Source: Amoebidium appalachense (lineage: Eukaryota; Protista; Ichthyosporea). Taken from it: a DNA stretch of 64,000 nucleotides. A program made the position numbers and the translations under genes. Location: NCBI GenBank assembly GCA_963693365.1, contig CAVNZM010000006.1, forward strand, positions 6,427,264 through 6,491,263, given 5' to 3'. How positions within the stretch are numbered: position 1 is the first letter of the stretch; every line of letters begins with the position of its first letter. The notes under the pieces were generated by a model that saw only the letters and a list, made by a program, of their open reading frames with translations, did not search any database and had not been told where the DNA came from. Shown piece after piece: positions 1-13,798 of the stretch.

Positions 1-568
1 CACCAATATTCCTACTTTCTTGATAGTCATAAAATTTTAACTGTATACATAGTCCGTTTTAAACAAGTTGCCCATGAAAAGCGGCCAGGAACACATACAA
101 TGTTGATCCGCTTACTATAGCACACATGCTTTAAAGGGAAACCAAACTAACTAGCTTAAAGGCGGCAAAAAAAGGCAAACTCGACCTAATTACATGTACA
201 GTATGGAGACTTAGCAAAGATAATAGAAGCAGGCCCGAAAGGGGGGCAAGGGGGGAGGGGGGAAGGAGGGGACGGGGGGGACGGGGGTGGGGAGGTGGAA
301 AGGAAAGGATGGGAGGGGGGAAAGGAAGGGGTTAAGGAAGGGAAAGGGGGCGGGGAGGGGAGGGGAGGGGAACAGTGTAGGAAATATGGTGGGAAGGAAA
401 GGAAGGGGGGAGTTTGAGGGGGGGGGGGGGGGGGGGGGGAAGGAGGGGGGAGGGGAGGGGGGAGGGGGGGTAGTAGGGCCAATCAGATGGTTTCGATGCT
501 TGCCCTGGTAGACATTACAAAATTTCTCTAAATGACACATTATTTATTAGGGTGTGTTGTACTTATGT

Positions 569-628
<60 letters not shown>

Positions 629-1137
629 CTCCGTGATGCAAATAACGAAAGTCCGGGTGAACCAGCTAAGAAAATAAGGTGATGATGGGGGGGAATGGAC
701 GTGTAATTGTGTGGTGAAGGGGTTGTTGAGGCGAAGTCATCACCCGGGTTGTTTTGGTATGTGTTTTGGTTTATATCAAACCAAATATAGAAATCGATTG
801 GTTACCCTACATACATGGCACACAGTGCTACACTCTTTAAAAGTCACGTTCTTCTGAATCAATCCGTTAAAGCTAACAGTATAAAAAGATAGATGTTCCA
901 TTAGTCTACAACTTTACAAAAAAATTCTCAAAGCACCCCTGATGGCGACTTTGTCGTTCTCTCCCAAGTCTTTAGGGCGCTTTAAAGAGTGCCTCCCACA
1001 TGTATGTACAAACATTTCTGCCATCAACTGTTTTTCAACCTTTATAAACCGTTTGAATCATCCAATAACACTAACACACTGGCTATACATGAAACAAAAC
1101 ACACCGAATCATGTAACTTTTCGATAACAATCACCAC

Positions 1138-3054
1138 CTACATGCGTGCTTTGTGCATGTCAATCGAGCTAGCAGCGGGCATGATGTGAACGTTTGAAGT
1201 CCCAAACACCGGCTGGCTGACGGCCTCCTCCTTCTCCGCCTGTCTCTGCTTGCGCCTCCACATAACAAGACCCAAAACCGCACAGCACGACAAGCAGCAC
1301 ACAGCCAAAACCACCGAAACAATAACAGCAACAATCATAGCCGTGTTCGAGCTGGAGCCACTTCCTGGCTGAGAGGCCGGGGCAAGGTCCACGGCGGTGT
1401 ATTTGGCACCGAAGCCGCTCGTGGTTTGGAGTTCGCCCGAGTCACGACGCACGTACTGGGCCTCACGACGACGGCGGCGGGCGGTGGTGTCAAGATAGTC
1501 AACGAGAACGGTCCACGTCAGAGTAACATTGTTGGTGGTGGTGGTGGCTGCAGCACAGGTCAGAGCGGCGGTGACGGGGATGGGCATCTGAATCTCGTTG
1601 GGTTGAACGGTGTTTACGAACGCCTGCGTGAGCGTGGAAATGTCCGAGTAGGGGTCTGCGTACGGGGTGCAATCGCCGTCCGATGTGCGGACGAAGCCGG
1701 TGACGTCGGCGTCGGCGAGCGCAACACCGGTGGAGTTGGTCCAAAGGCGGATAGACCAGTAGGAGGTGGCACCGAGGTCGAAGATGGATGTGTCGCGGGC
1801 GGCGGCGTAGGTGTTGTCTTGACGAAGAACAACGTCGAGCGTGAACAGAGCGGAGAGGTTGAACTCGGTCACATTACAGAAGTTGTTTGTGCTGATGAAG
1901 AAGGGAATGTCGAACGTGTTCTGTGCGAGGGTTGGGCAGGTTCCGGCCGCGGTGCTGCTGGCCTGGCAAGCAATGGGGAGACTCTTGGCGACATACTCAC
2001 CCGTAAGATCGCACGAGGTAATGTTGAACTCAAACGTGCTGTTACAAATCTCGTTTACGGCGAGACCGTTGCATCCAGCACCCATCTGCCAGTTTGTGGC
2101 GGTGGCGGCGGGGATGTTCATGTTTGAAAGCTGCAGGCTGCCGTTGGTGCCGCTGACGATGGTGTAAGGGGAGGGAAGGTTCACGGTGATGCGGATGGTG
2201 GACGTGTTAACGCCGTCGACCTCCTTCACGCCCAAATGAGAGATGACGGCCTGCAAGTCCGCCTCGGGGTAGTTGACGGTGATAGTTGCGGAAACGGTGC
2301 CCTCGCGGTTGATCTGTACGCGCAGTTTTGCCACCGCGTTGCCGTCGCGGGTCACGGGCACACGCAGATTCTTAGTGTTGCTGATCTTGGTGACGTATTC
2401 CTTCATCTGGGCCTCGACGTCGGCGAGATACTTCACAAACGTAGGGTCGGAGACCTTGTCCACCGCAACGCCGCAGTTTCCGAGCTTGTTGAAAGCGACG
2501 TCGAAGAAAACGGAAGCCTTGCACGAGTCGCCATACAGCACCCAGTTGTATCCGCTCATCTTGGAATCCGCCGTCGGGCCATCGGTCAAATACGTGCACT
2601 GAGCAAAGGAAACGTCGGTGACGTACCGTGTGTTGTACCAGTAGCCAAGGTCAGCTTCCAGCATCACCTTGTTGTTCTGAATGCGAGGGTTGAGGATATT
2701 CATGGAGAAGTTGGCCTGCAGCGCGTAGGGTTCGGCGAGGTTGCACACGGTGTTCAGGGTGCGGTGCTTGAGCCCGAGGTCCTTGATAACAACCTTAAGG
2801 TTGGGCTTGCCCATCTGGAAAACGTGTGCTACGTCTGCGGCCGGGGCGAGAACGGCGCCGGCGTCGCCCCTAACTGTCATGTCCTGAGCTATGATAAGAG
2901 TTGAGGCGATGGCGTGATCGCCCGGGGCAAAAACAACTTCGTCATTTGGCTGTGCGGTGGCGAAAACGGTGGCGGCGTTGTCCGTTGTAGCGATGTTGAT
3001 GGTTGCAGCATAGGCCGCTGAGGCCAGTGCCAAAATTGAGGCGAACGCCTTCAT
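1138..3054 (-). CDS. Intronless 638-aa single-pass surface protein: signal peptide, short beta-helix-like N-terminus, ZP-N-like and ZP-C-like segments, polybasic furin-type site, C-terminal TM helix
   Basis: Long GC-rich ORF; first ATG at 3054 gives signal peptide MKAFASILALASAAYAA. RRRRR at 1465-1479 is followed by hydrophobic MIVAVIVSVVLAVCCLSCCAVLGLVMW and basic RRKQR. Many N-x-S/T sequons. The ZP assignment is by-eye motif resemblance only. Confidence 0.88.
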   Translation of the reverse strand: MKAFASILALASAAYAATINIATTDNAATVFATAQPNDEVVFAPGDHAIASTLIIAQDMTVRGDAGAVLAPAADVAHVFQMGKPNLKVVIKDLGLKHRTLNTVCNLAEPYALQANFSMNILNPRIQNNKVMLEADLGYWYNTRYVTDVSFAQCTYLTDGPTADSKMSGYNWVLYGDSCKASVFFDVAFNKLGNCGVAVDKVSDPTFVKYLADVEAQMKEYVTKISNTKNLRVPVTRDGNAVAKLRVQINREGTVSATITVNYPEADLQAVISHLGVKEVDGVNTSTIRITVNLPSPYTIVSGTNGSLQLSNMNIPAATATNWQMGAGCNGLAVNEICNSTFEFNITSCDLTGEYVAKSLPIACQASSTAAGTCPTLAQNTFDIPFFISTNNFCNVTEFNLSALFTLDVVLRQDNTYAAARDTSIFDLGATSYWSIRLWTNSTGVALADADVTGFVRTSDGDCTPYADPYSDISTLTQAFVNTVQPNEIQMPIPVTAALTCAAATTTTNNVTLTWTVLVDYLDTTARRRRREAQYVRRDSGELQTTSGFGAKYTAVDLAPASQPGSGSSSNTAMIVAVIVSVVLAVCCLSCCAVLGLVMWRRKQRQAEKEEAVSQPVFGTSNVHIMPAASSIDMHKARM

Positions 3055-3248
3055 TTTCAAGGGAAAAAACGACCTTGCGCTGATGTGCACTATTCTGTTG
3101 AGGGGATAACGTTCGGAAACTGAACGAGGGTGTGTCAAATTACTCGCTCGGCGTGAGGACTGGAAAAGTTAGTAGAGATGTGTTGTACAACAAAGATATA
3201 TCTTACTCGCTGTTGGAAGTAGAGTGAGTTCTGTATGGCTTGAGTGGG

Positions 3249-3256
3249 CTTTTATA
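3249..3256 (-). promoter_or_regulatory. Putative TATA box of the surface-protein gene
   Basis: TATAAAAG on the minus strand about 200 nt upstream of the ATG at 3054. Confidence 0.35.
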
Positions 3257-4782
3257 CCCTACTGTAGTCTCCACCGTGTGGGTCATGCCCCCCCTGTGCG
3301 CGCTGATTTTAGTAGGAGCCATGGAAACGGACAAGAAGGATACCATGCATACCAGGGAGTATAGAAACGTCTCGACTCGTGTTCGGAGATATGTTAAATA
3401 GACTCGTTCTACGCATCGGATTGGTCGCGCGATTTCGATAAACATTCCAATCATTCCTGGGTACATTGATGGTTAGAATAATCCAATCCGATGCCTCCTT
3501 GTTATCTGTGGCATTGCGACTTGGACATGACAGGGACATGAGCTCGAGCATCGCTCACGCCTAACGCCAAAATAAGCTCTGTGCTGAACTAAGTGAATTA
3601 AAGACAATCGCATATGTTTTTGGAGATATTGAGTGAGAAACGTGGCAAAAGAAAGCTATATAAGTTTATAAAAATAACTGTTGGTCATTTCAGGTTATTC
3701 CACGGCCCCCAGGCAGCACCTATGATTACCTCAGCTGATTATCTCACGCGGGCATTGATAGGCATTGAAGATCTTGCATTCCACAAATACCGAAATGCAT
3801 ACTTCTATGTAAACCATCCGAGGCTAACTTTTCTATCGCCATGGTTCCAGACTCTTCCTTTGGAACAGGAATAAACCTACATTTTGCTGTTTATAAATAA
3901 GGCAATTTTCGATGAATGCACTTTATTTTTATTCATTTCCATCTTTTCCCATGACGCTTCAAATATATAGGTGTGTTATTTACACTGGGGAGCTCGAATC
4001 AAGTAGAAAACATGCCTGGATGTGATCATTTGCTCCCACCTGCTCCCACGTGGGAGTGTTGCAAGCCGTGCATCGATGATCATTTTGACGAAGTTCTTAT
4101 GTAACTTTATGGGATATAAAGAGAGTTTTTGTTACTAGGTTAATAAAATAGCCCAATAAATTGCTGTATATTTTGAATTTCGCAACTGGTGCCATAAATC
4201 CTTGGGTAACGGGTTACGATAGATATACGTAGTGATATTAGGTACATATGTTTGGTCGTACGGCCGCGGTGAACAGTGTACACATATAATATATGTGGGT
4301 AACAGCTCGGGGGTCGATGTCAACTTGGTGATATCATACTGTACGCATACATATATGCTGCGCATGCATGCACGTGTGCCTTGTGCATGTCACAGGGCAA
4401 TTAGAATTTCTTGCATTCCACATACCGGTGTCCCCACGTACTTGCAGCCTGCAGACTGCAGTTTATTTCTTTCATGCAACACGTGGCACTAAATAACATA
4501 AGTCACTGCCCAGCCTCGTGTTTTTCAATGTTCACTCTGGTTTTCTCCTTCATGATCAGGTTACCCACCAAAGGAGCCACCGTCAATACGTATAGTATTA
4601 CACAAGATTCACTATTTCATTGCAGAGCTCCAATTCTTGCGCATCGGCCAGCTGAATACTCTACGGCGTACGTATAACTTACTCCCCCGACCGGCCGGCG
4701 CCTCCTTGTAGAAACTTCGATATCGCGAGATGCCATGAGTCTGACACTGAGCACTTGAATTCCTCAAGCTTAAGCCTTACCG

Positions 4783-4817
<35 letters not shown>

Positions 4818-5581
4818 AGCTCGGCCACACACGCCCGCACACACACATGTACACACACACAAACACACACACACACCCTCTCTCCTTTCCTTCGAGGATC
4901 CCTTCCTCCCTTACAATCCCCCCTCCCCCCCCCACACCGGCCTTCCCTCCCTCCCCCCCCCCCCCCCCCCCCCGCGTCCCTCCTTCCCGTAAATATCCTT
5001 CCCCCCCTTACTTACCTGGGCCCTTGCCCCCCCCCTCTACCCCCCCCCCCCCCCCCCCCCCCCTTACCCCCCCCTATTTGTGTACCCTTAACCAGCTCAG
5101 CCCGCAACGCCCGGCCCCCCTCGGCCAATATATATGATCGGTGGGTGAACAACTTCACGTCCACCGTGACAGCCTTCAGCAGTAAGTTAGGTAATATCAT
5201 GTCTTTTCACTTTTATGGATTGTTTAAACTGTGCATGAAATGCCACCAGGGCATGGATTGCATTCAACCGTACAACATTTTACCATGAGATATTATTTTT
5301 ATTCTAACAATCAGATTGGGCGATTTAAAGTACCGCCACTGGATACTTATTCTTATTCTTAAAGGAACCCCAATTTGGGTTTTTTTGGTCGGTAATGTGC
5401 TCAGAAATCACCACCGGAAGAAGACGTTAACACATGTACATGTCACTCATTCGAAAAAATAAATTTCCGATCCAAAATGCACAAAACAAGAGCTTCGAAT
5501 TTTCCTATACAACTCTATAATAACAGAGATCTCACAAGATTTCCTGCATAAATGCCTAACAATTTCATAAAATTTTCAATC

Positions 5582-5701
5582 TCATATGAATTTCTGCTCC
5601 CTGTGTTCTGGGTAGGTCTTCTCGAACTCTCTGTACGCTGCTAGGTTGTAGAAAGAGATCTCGGTTTCATTCTCTGTGTGTGGCAAGAAGAGGTGTGTGT
5701 G

Positions 5702-5750
<49 letters not shown>

Positions 5751-5909
5751 ACATGGGTGAGTGAGTGTGTGAGTGAGTAGTGAGTGAGTGAGTGAGTGAG
5801 TGAGTGAGTGGTGAGGGAGTGTGTGTGCTGGTGGTAGGAGAAGGGAGGGGGGGGGGGGGGGGGAGGGGGGGGGGGGGAGGGGGGGGGGGAAGAGAGAGAA
5901 AGAGAGGGC

Positions 5910-5940
<31 letters not shown>

Positions 5941-6014
5941 AGAGAGAGAGAAGGGCCATGTTAGTACCACAAGCCAATGACAAGTTAGTTACCACAGCAA
6001 CGTCGCATTGGTGT

Positions 6015-6059
<45 letters not shown>

Positions 6060-6252
6060 ACAAGTGATTTATTTTACTACACAAAAGAATACAAAAATAG
6101 AGATCACACGGTGTATTTGTTTCGCTTGTGTAGGTGGGGCGCGTGCGGTGTGTGCGTGCTAAAAATTTCTGGGAAGAGAAAGGGCTGAAGGAAGGAAGGA
6201 AGGAAGGTGACGGGGGGGGGGGGGGGGGGGGGATGTAAAAGAGAGCCCCCCC

Positions 6253-6294
<42 letters not shown>

Positions 6295-6411
6295 CTTCCC
6301 GAGTGAAAACAAAAAGAAAAAGCAAGAAGACAGCAAACGAAGAAAAAACTAGCAAGAGAGGCCAAAATCTCGTGTGCTTGTCACTAGCCATATCAATTAC
6401 CACCACATGCC

Positions 6412-6484
<73 letters not shown>

Positions 6485-8234
6485 GCACCCTTCCCCCCTC
6501 CCCTCCCTCCTTGCGCCCTTCCCTTCCCCCTTTTTCCCTACCCCCCCCCCCCCCCCAAAAAAAAAAAAATAATAATAAAATAAAATAAAAAACCCCTCTC
6601 TCCCCCTCCCCTTCTCCCCCCTCCCCCTCCCCCCCTAACCCACCCACCCACCCACCCACCCACCCACCCACACGTTAACACACACACAGGCAGTGCACGT
6701 ACCCACACCCTTTGCCTCCAGTGTGTCTTCGTCTTCAATCACCAACTCCTCGTGGCCAAGGTTGATGATCAGCGTGTCGGTCTGAGGGCAGGTGAAAAAT
6801 ACGATTAATTCCCAATGCTAATATGTGACAAAAGATATGCGATGTATGGTCAATCCCCTGCAAAAATGACTGTACATATAGCTAAATATAGCTAACACTG
6901 TGATGGTCTGATGGGAACAAATAAGTCATACACCATAACATATGACTATGGTTAATGAAGTTATGGTTGGTGTGACCCAAACATGACTGTAAATAATACC
7001 ATATACAGCTAGAACACTGCAAAGATGACTGGACGCTGCCATCAGCAAAGGGAAAAAATGTGTTGCAATATTTGTTAGCATGAACCCAAATGCACATAGA
7101 TAATGACAAATAAGATATGGTTTACGCTATACAAAATATCACTAAACGCTGTCATTGATGGTTAAAAGTGCTGAAGATACGACTAGATATAGCCAATTAT
7201 GGTTAAAGTGCTGAAGATACGACTAGATATAGCCAATTATGGTTAACTCTCGGCAGATATGGTAGTTATGATGGAAAAAGGCCAAACGGTTGGGAGAAGG
7301 GTTGGGGAAGGGGGCCGGAATGCCACAGAAAGGGAAAGTGAACACAAGGGGAGGGGGAGTGGAGGGGAGGGGGGAGGAGGGGGAGGAACAAACAAGATGA
7401 TTTAGGTGTGTGTGTGTGTGCGTGCGTGCGTGTGTGTGCGTGTGTGCGCGCGCGCGCATGTGTGTGTGTGTGTACTCACACTCACAGGCAAATGTGTGAA
7501 CGTGTACCGTCCATTTATTTTTTTTTCTTCATTACTTCTACTTCGGGGGGGATGGGGGTGGGGGAGAGGGGAGGAGGTGCAAAGGGGGAGGAAGGGCGGG
7601 GGAGGATGTGAGTGGAAGACAGCAAGGGACAGTGATAGGAGTATAGAAATATCCTGTATTTTGGCAGGCTAGCACAGCGGAGGAGCCGTGCAGAGAAAGA
7701 GAGGAGAACGGGGGGAGGAGGAGGAGGGGGGGGGGGAGAAGGGACGTCGACGGGGGGGGGGGGGGGGGGGAAGAGAGAGGGATGAAGGGAGGGGGGGGGG
7801 TTTGGGGGGAAGAGAGAGAAGAAGCGGGAGAGAAAGAGGGAAAGGGGAGGGAGAGAAGGGGGGGTGGGGGGTGGGGGGGGTTTTGAATGCGTCAAAAAGT
7901 ACGAAGTACACAAGAACAAACGGATAACACGATGCAGAATGCAAGCCATACATAAAGAGTATGCATAATAAGCAGAGCCCATCCTCAGGGGGGGGCCACG
8001 TCATCCACAGTACCCGAGTTTCGACCTATTCCCCTCGTTAACGAAACCCAACTCAGATACTGTTTCACTTGAACATGAGTAGGTCACCCGTCTTGATCGG
8101 TGGGGGGTGGGGGGGGGAGACAGAAAGGGGGGGGGGGGGGGGGGGAGAAGGGGTTCGTGTTCATCGACGCATCATCATGCAATGTGAGACATAAGGTGCT
8201 GGGAGGGGGCCGGGGGGGGGGGGGGGGGGGGGGG

Positions 8235-8305
<71 letters not shown>

Positions 8306-8386
8306 GAGCATAGTGTATATCGCAGGCAGACATGCGAGAACAAAATTGAAAAAAAAGAGGGCGCACACGTGCACGTTTGTGTATGT

Positions 8387-8440
<54 letters not shown>

Positions 8441-9493
8441 GATGTATGCGTTAGAGGGTCGGAAATATGGAGGAGACAACAAAGAGCAACAACAAAGTGT
8501 CACAAAGGTGGGAAGTCCAAAATCAAACAATTTAAGCGTGCAGGCAGAAGACACTTGAACAGAGCCCATCATCAGGGGGGGGGGAGGTAGAGAAAACGGA
8601 AACGGAAAAAACTTACACGGGTAGCAGCATTCGACTACATGCACACCAATTAAGATTGGATGTTCAGCTTTAACAAAAAGAGAAAGAGCAGGCGCCCGAC
8701 CGAGGGGAGAGGGGGGGGGGGGGGGTGTTTGAATGCGGAACACGGTACGAAGTACGCATACACGAAGGACACATGCAAAGGCAAACATTCATGTATGCAA
8801 CATCAGCCATGCGCACAGTATGCGTCATAAGCAGAGCCCATCCTCAGGGAGGGCCCAGGGGGGGTCAACCAACAAACTTCATTACATACCTTAGCTCCGT
8901 GTGCTTTGTGATGGAGTTTCAACGTGTCTGTGCGGTGATCCGCACCATGTCAGACGTGTAAAAGCACAAAGAAATATTCGAGCACAACCCACCCATTAAC
9001 TTCTCAGCCCTCCACTCCCCCCCCCCCCACCCTTTTCCATTCAAGGGGTTAACACCCTCCCTCCCCCCCCCCCCCCTCCCCTCCCCGCCACAACCCTGTA
9101 AACCATCCAGATAGCCCTGTCATTACAACAACACATACAAATACACAATCCTTCCTCCCTCACTCTGCTACATTTTCTTTCTCCCCCCCCCCCCTACCCC
9201 CCCACCCCCCAAAACCTACCCCCGCCTCACCCCACCCTCTCTCCTTCCTTTCCCCCCAACCTCAACCCCCACAAAAAGCTTCATCGTGCCCAAATCTCCA
9301 CAGAGGGATCCTGCCACATGCATTTCTCACATCCCCCTCCCCCCCCCCCTCCCCTTCCCCCCTCCACCCCGCCCCTCAAAAGCACTCCCCCCCCCCCCCC
9401 CCCCCCCCATCCCTCCCACCCCCACCCACACACATCCCCTCGGCCCTCCCTCTGCACCCCCCCCTCCCCCCTCCCCCCCCGCCGCCCCGCCCT

Positions 9494-9524
<31 letters not shown>

Positions 9525-9796
9525 CTTGCCTCTAGTTAACCTCCTTCCATCCCTCCCCTCCTCCTCCCTTATCCATACCCCTGCCTCCGCCATTCATCCA
9601 ACTAGAAGAAAAAAGGCATTACGAGGATGGCCTGGTTCCTATTCATACACACCGCCCTCAAAATCAGCCCCAAAAAATTTTCTTTTCTTCCCCCTTTCCC
9701 GTTTACCTCTGTTTTTCATAGCTGGTAGCTTGCCTCCTGACCTTCCCAATTACCCCCCAACCCCGACCCCTCACCTTCTCCTATCCCCCTCCTCCT

Positions 9797-9844
<48 letters not shown>

Positions 9845-10632
9845 TGCCACACACGCCTATCCTCCCTCTTCCCTACCGTCCTTTCCGCTGCCTCCTTGAA
9901 AAGATCACCATTTATGCGTGAAAGAAAAAGCAAACCGACGTGCCTAATTCCCGAGGAGATATGGGTATACAGAGTACACAGGCAGCCCACTTACCGAACG
10001 TGTTCTTCTTGTAGGGAAGAAACCCGGACTCCGTTTGAATCTCTGAACACTCAACAGATGAACAGCGTGAGGTTGAAAGATTCACCAATATAAATCCATT
10101 CCCAACACCCAGGTCTATTAAACAGCAGGCTCCTACACCACCCATCCAGCAGCCCCCCCCCCCCCCCCCCCCCCACCACCACCACCTCCTCTCCCTTCCC
10201 TCCCTCCTCCCCCCGCGCCCCCCTCCCCCTCCCCCCCCCTCCCCCCCCCCCCCTCCCTCAACCCTCTTCCCACACCATTTACAGGAGTCTGTCATCTTGT
10301 TTGTATGGAGCTTTCCCAGGAATTTCTTTTGTGCTAGAAGGCTCTCCCGAGTGTATGGCTTTAATTTACGGCACGAGCTCGAGGAAAAGGGGGGGGGGGG
10401 GGGGGGGGGGGGGGAGAGGGGGGGGGAGGACGCGAGAAAGGTGGGAAATGGGGAAAAGATGTGTAGGAGAAAAAGAGAGGAAGACACAGAGCATATATAA
10501 AGTAGAAACGAGAACTTCGAAGGCAAAATAATTTCACCGTGATCACGGGGAATGTTATGACTTAAAATCCAACTGGCGGGGGCCCGGAGGCATCGAGGGA
10601 AAGGGTGTGAGTTTGCAGTGTTAGTATCCAGA

Positions 10633-10706
<74 letters not shown>

Positions 10707-11151
10707 ACGCGCGTGCGCGCGCGCGAGTGCGTGTGCGTGTGCGCGTGTGCCGGAGTATGTGTGTGGCGTGTGTGTGTGATTCTGAATGTGTGTGTGTGTG
10801 TGTGCGTGTGCGTGTGCGTGCGTGTCTGGTTGTGCGCTCAAGGATGTGCGTGTGTGCTTGCAGGTGGGCGGGCGTGTGTGTGTGTGCGCGAGCATTTGCA
10901 TGCACTTGTGCCGGTGCATGTATTAGTGCTTGTGCCTGTGTGTGCGTGTCTGCCTAGAAGAAAGGGGACGGGGGATGAGAGAGAGGGGGCCAGTCTGGGG
11001 GGGTTCAATTCGCACAATACTCACTCTGTTGTATAAGCTCCTTCAGTTCCCTACCAGTCATCTTCAGGTCAACACCCCTCAGCACTAGGTTCTTCATGGT
11101 GCGGTATTCAAAGTTGCGTATTAGCCGGATGGTAACTATTGAGGTGGTCAT
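5582..11151 (-). CDS. C2orf76: UPF0538 / C2orf76 (DUF2340, yeast Aim29-like) protein, 127 aa; exons 11025-11151, 9995-10042, 8890-8927, 6703-6781, 5582-5673
   Basis: Five GT-AG exons join in frame (384 nt): [29 protein letters not shown]...[37 protein letters not shown]...[12 protein letters not shown]. Matches family motifs TVRLIRSFE.R, D.LKI.H.AH..KT and NETEI.FF. Confidence 0.9.
7158..7246. repeat. ~41-bp tandem duplication in an intron
   Basis: ATGGTTAAA(A)GTGCTGAAGATACGACTAGATATAGCCAATT occurs twice head-to-tail. Confidence 0.9.
7883..8098 (-). repeat. Dispersed structured intronic element, subfamily 1 (copy A)
   Basis: Near-identical inverted copy at 25766-26013; lies in C2orf76 intron 3. 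Confidence 0.85.
8729..8870 (-). repeat. Dispersed structured intronic element, subfamily 2, internally deleted (copy B)
   Basis: Matches 53148-53290 (TTGAATGCGGAACACGGTAC...ATAAGCAGAGC.CATCCTCAGGGAGG). Confidence 0.8.
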
Positions 11152-11188
11152 TTTCCTGTATTATATACGCACGAGAAAACGTAGCCTA

Positions 11189-11219
<31 letters not shown>

Positions 11220-11441
11220 GCGTAATGAATTAGGAGCAACATACGAATCGTGCAACATACGAATGGTTCTTCACAGATGAACTTTCGGCGGTTTTGTAGC
11301 GCATTGGGGATCGACTTCTAGGCCTTGCAGCGGATTCACCTATCAAACATGTGACTCATATTGTGTGTGAAGAAGACCACGATAATTTTGCCAAAATTTC
11401 ATAATCTGTTGACGACTGAATTCAGGAACAATCTCAGAGCC

Positions 11442-11483
<42 letters not shown>

Positions 11484-11624
11484 AAGGCTATTGATCCCCC
11501 CCCCTCCCCTCCTCCTACCCCCCCCTCCCCTCCCCCCCCCTTCCCTAAAGAAACAAAGACCCTTAAAATTCTATAAGCAACAAACATGTATTCACACATA
11601 AACACACATACACACACACACCGT

Positions 11625-11717
<93 letters not shown>

Positions 11718-11821
11718 ACACTTGAAAAACACGTGTAAACCCACGTCGTCCCAAGCAATGTGCGCACCGCCAGCTCCGAGCCAACACTGCATGCATACAC
11801 CCCTAAAGGCTTCCCTCGCCC

Positions 11822-11858
<37 letters not shown>

Positions 11859-12758
11859 ATCACCCCTGGTAATCCCTTCCGATCTTCCTCCCCCTTCACC
11901 TATTCAAATCCGTAATCCCACTCAGAGTCCATCCCCCCCCCCTTCCCCCTCCCCTCCCCACCCCGGGCCATCCCTCCCTCCCCCAAACACATGCCCGGTC
12001 CACTTATATGCTTCTCCCCGTACACTCTCGGCAGCCCTCTCCTCCCGTCATCCTCCCGGCCTCCCCCCCCCCCCCCCCCCCCCCCCCCTCCCCCCCAACA
12101 CACACACACACACATACACCACCCCCCCCTCACTCCCCCAAATCTCGTGGCCGGCTCTAATTGCCGGATATCTACACAATCTCAAAAAATAGAATCTTTG
12201 TGAAAGTACACTGCAGCAGTAGCACGAGAGGCTGAAAGACAGAACCGTCTTCATAGAGCAGGTTGAATTTAAAAACCTTGCAGATTAAAGTTTGCGGCCC
12301 AGCAATAACTCTCTAGCAGTGCCAATACGTGTACCGGGCCCTAGTCACTATATATCAGGCTTTTCATGTCATTAGCTTAAATGATATATATGCTCACACT
12401 GTCTTGCCATACATGTAAAACAAACTTCCACCACAGGTGAAAGCACAAATGAAAGCCGAAACTGACCTTAGAAGTTTCCCTGGGGAAGCTAATATTAAAA
12501 TTTTATACTAATGTAAGCTTCAATACTATAGTATAATTCTCGTTGCCACGGGCTCGGACAAATGGGAACTCATCGGGCTTCTGCTAAACGAGCGTTCAAA
12601 GTTGTGAGTACAATTAAGTTGAAGCATCGCAGAAAAGTTTTGAGAAAGGATTGTGTTATAGGTTTTTTTGGTTCTTTTTTTAGAGGTATATGTTTTTTCT
12701 CAAACTATATTGGAATAAAAAGGTGTGTTTGCGTGTGAACACGTGGATGTGTGTTTGC

Positions 12759-12820
<62 letters not shown>

Positions 12821-12851
12821 CTGTGTGTGTGTGTGTGTGTGTGTGCGCGTG

Positions 12852-12931
<80 letters not shown>

Positions 12932-13004
12932 CACACACACACGCGTGCGTGCGGGCCCCGCGTGAGCGCAGGCGTGAGTGTGTATGAGTGTGTGTGTGTT
13001 TGTG

Positions 13005-13039
<35 letters not shown>

Positions 13040-13760
13040 TGCGTACAGGCGCGTGTGCAGAGGGGAAAAAAAAAAGGTTGCGGAGAGAGAAGCACATACA
13101 GAAAAAGGGAGGTGCACAAGTGTTCTGCTCATGAGTGTTGTTTTAGGAATGTACCCTGGGGGGTTTGGGTGACTCCTGCACTGCCCTCCCCCCTCCCCCC
13201 CCCCGCCCCCGCCCTTCCCACCTTCCCTCCTTCAAACCCTCTCTAACTCCCCTCTCCCCCGCCTCCTCCCCTTCAGCTCCCTCCTCCCAACCTCCCCTCC
13301 CCCCCCAAATCCCCCCCCCCCTCCCCCCGTACCCCCCCACCCCCTCCTTCCACACCGGCTATCCTTAAGCCCAAGTTGCCAGAAAACCCACAAGGAAAAC
13401 GGACAAAAAAAAAAAAAAAAAAAAAAAAAGCTGGGGCTTTTCCTAAAAAAAAAAACTGAATTTCGGCCATCTCTATATCCGACTCTAATCCTTATTTACT
13501 TCTGTTGTCAGAATTATTACCAGCGACTTTATTCAAATCCGGTATTAAGGTCTGTGACACCGGATTTCCCTCCTTGGGGCAACCGTGCATAGTTCAAGTT
13601 TTCCGTATTTGATGCAACGTCAGCCGGACAGGAAGGCCTGGTAAACCAACGCTGTGTGTGTTTGTGTGTGTGTGTGCACGCACGCACACGTGTGTTTGCT
13701 TCGCACACATCTGTGTGTGTGTGTGCGCGCGCGCTATGAGTGCGTTTGTGCCACGTGCAC

Positions 13761-13798
<38 letters not shown>

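Noticed and set aside
1426-2904. Long plus-strand ORFs antisense to the surface protein (and similar ones inside the MFS gene)
   Set aside because: Expected shadow ORFs of GC3-rich coding sequence
3055-3138. N-terminal extension in the 666-aa ORF call
   Set aside because: Starts at a non-ATG codon; the first ATG at 3054 directly yields a signal peptide
4135-5200. Possible small spliced gene between the surface-protein gene and C2orf76
   Set aside because: Splice-like signals on both strands but no phase-consistent model or recognisable product
12540-12610. tRNA-like stretch
   Set aside because: No convincing cloverleaf or intact T-loop consensus
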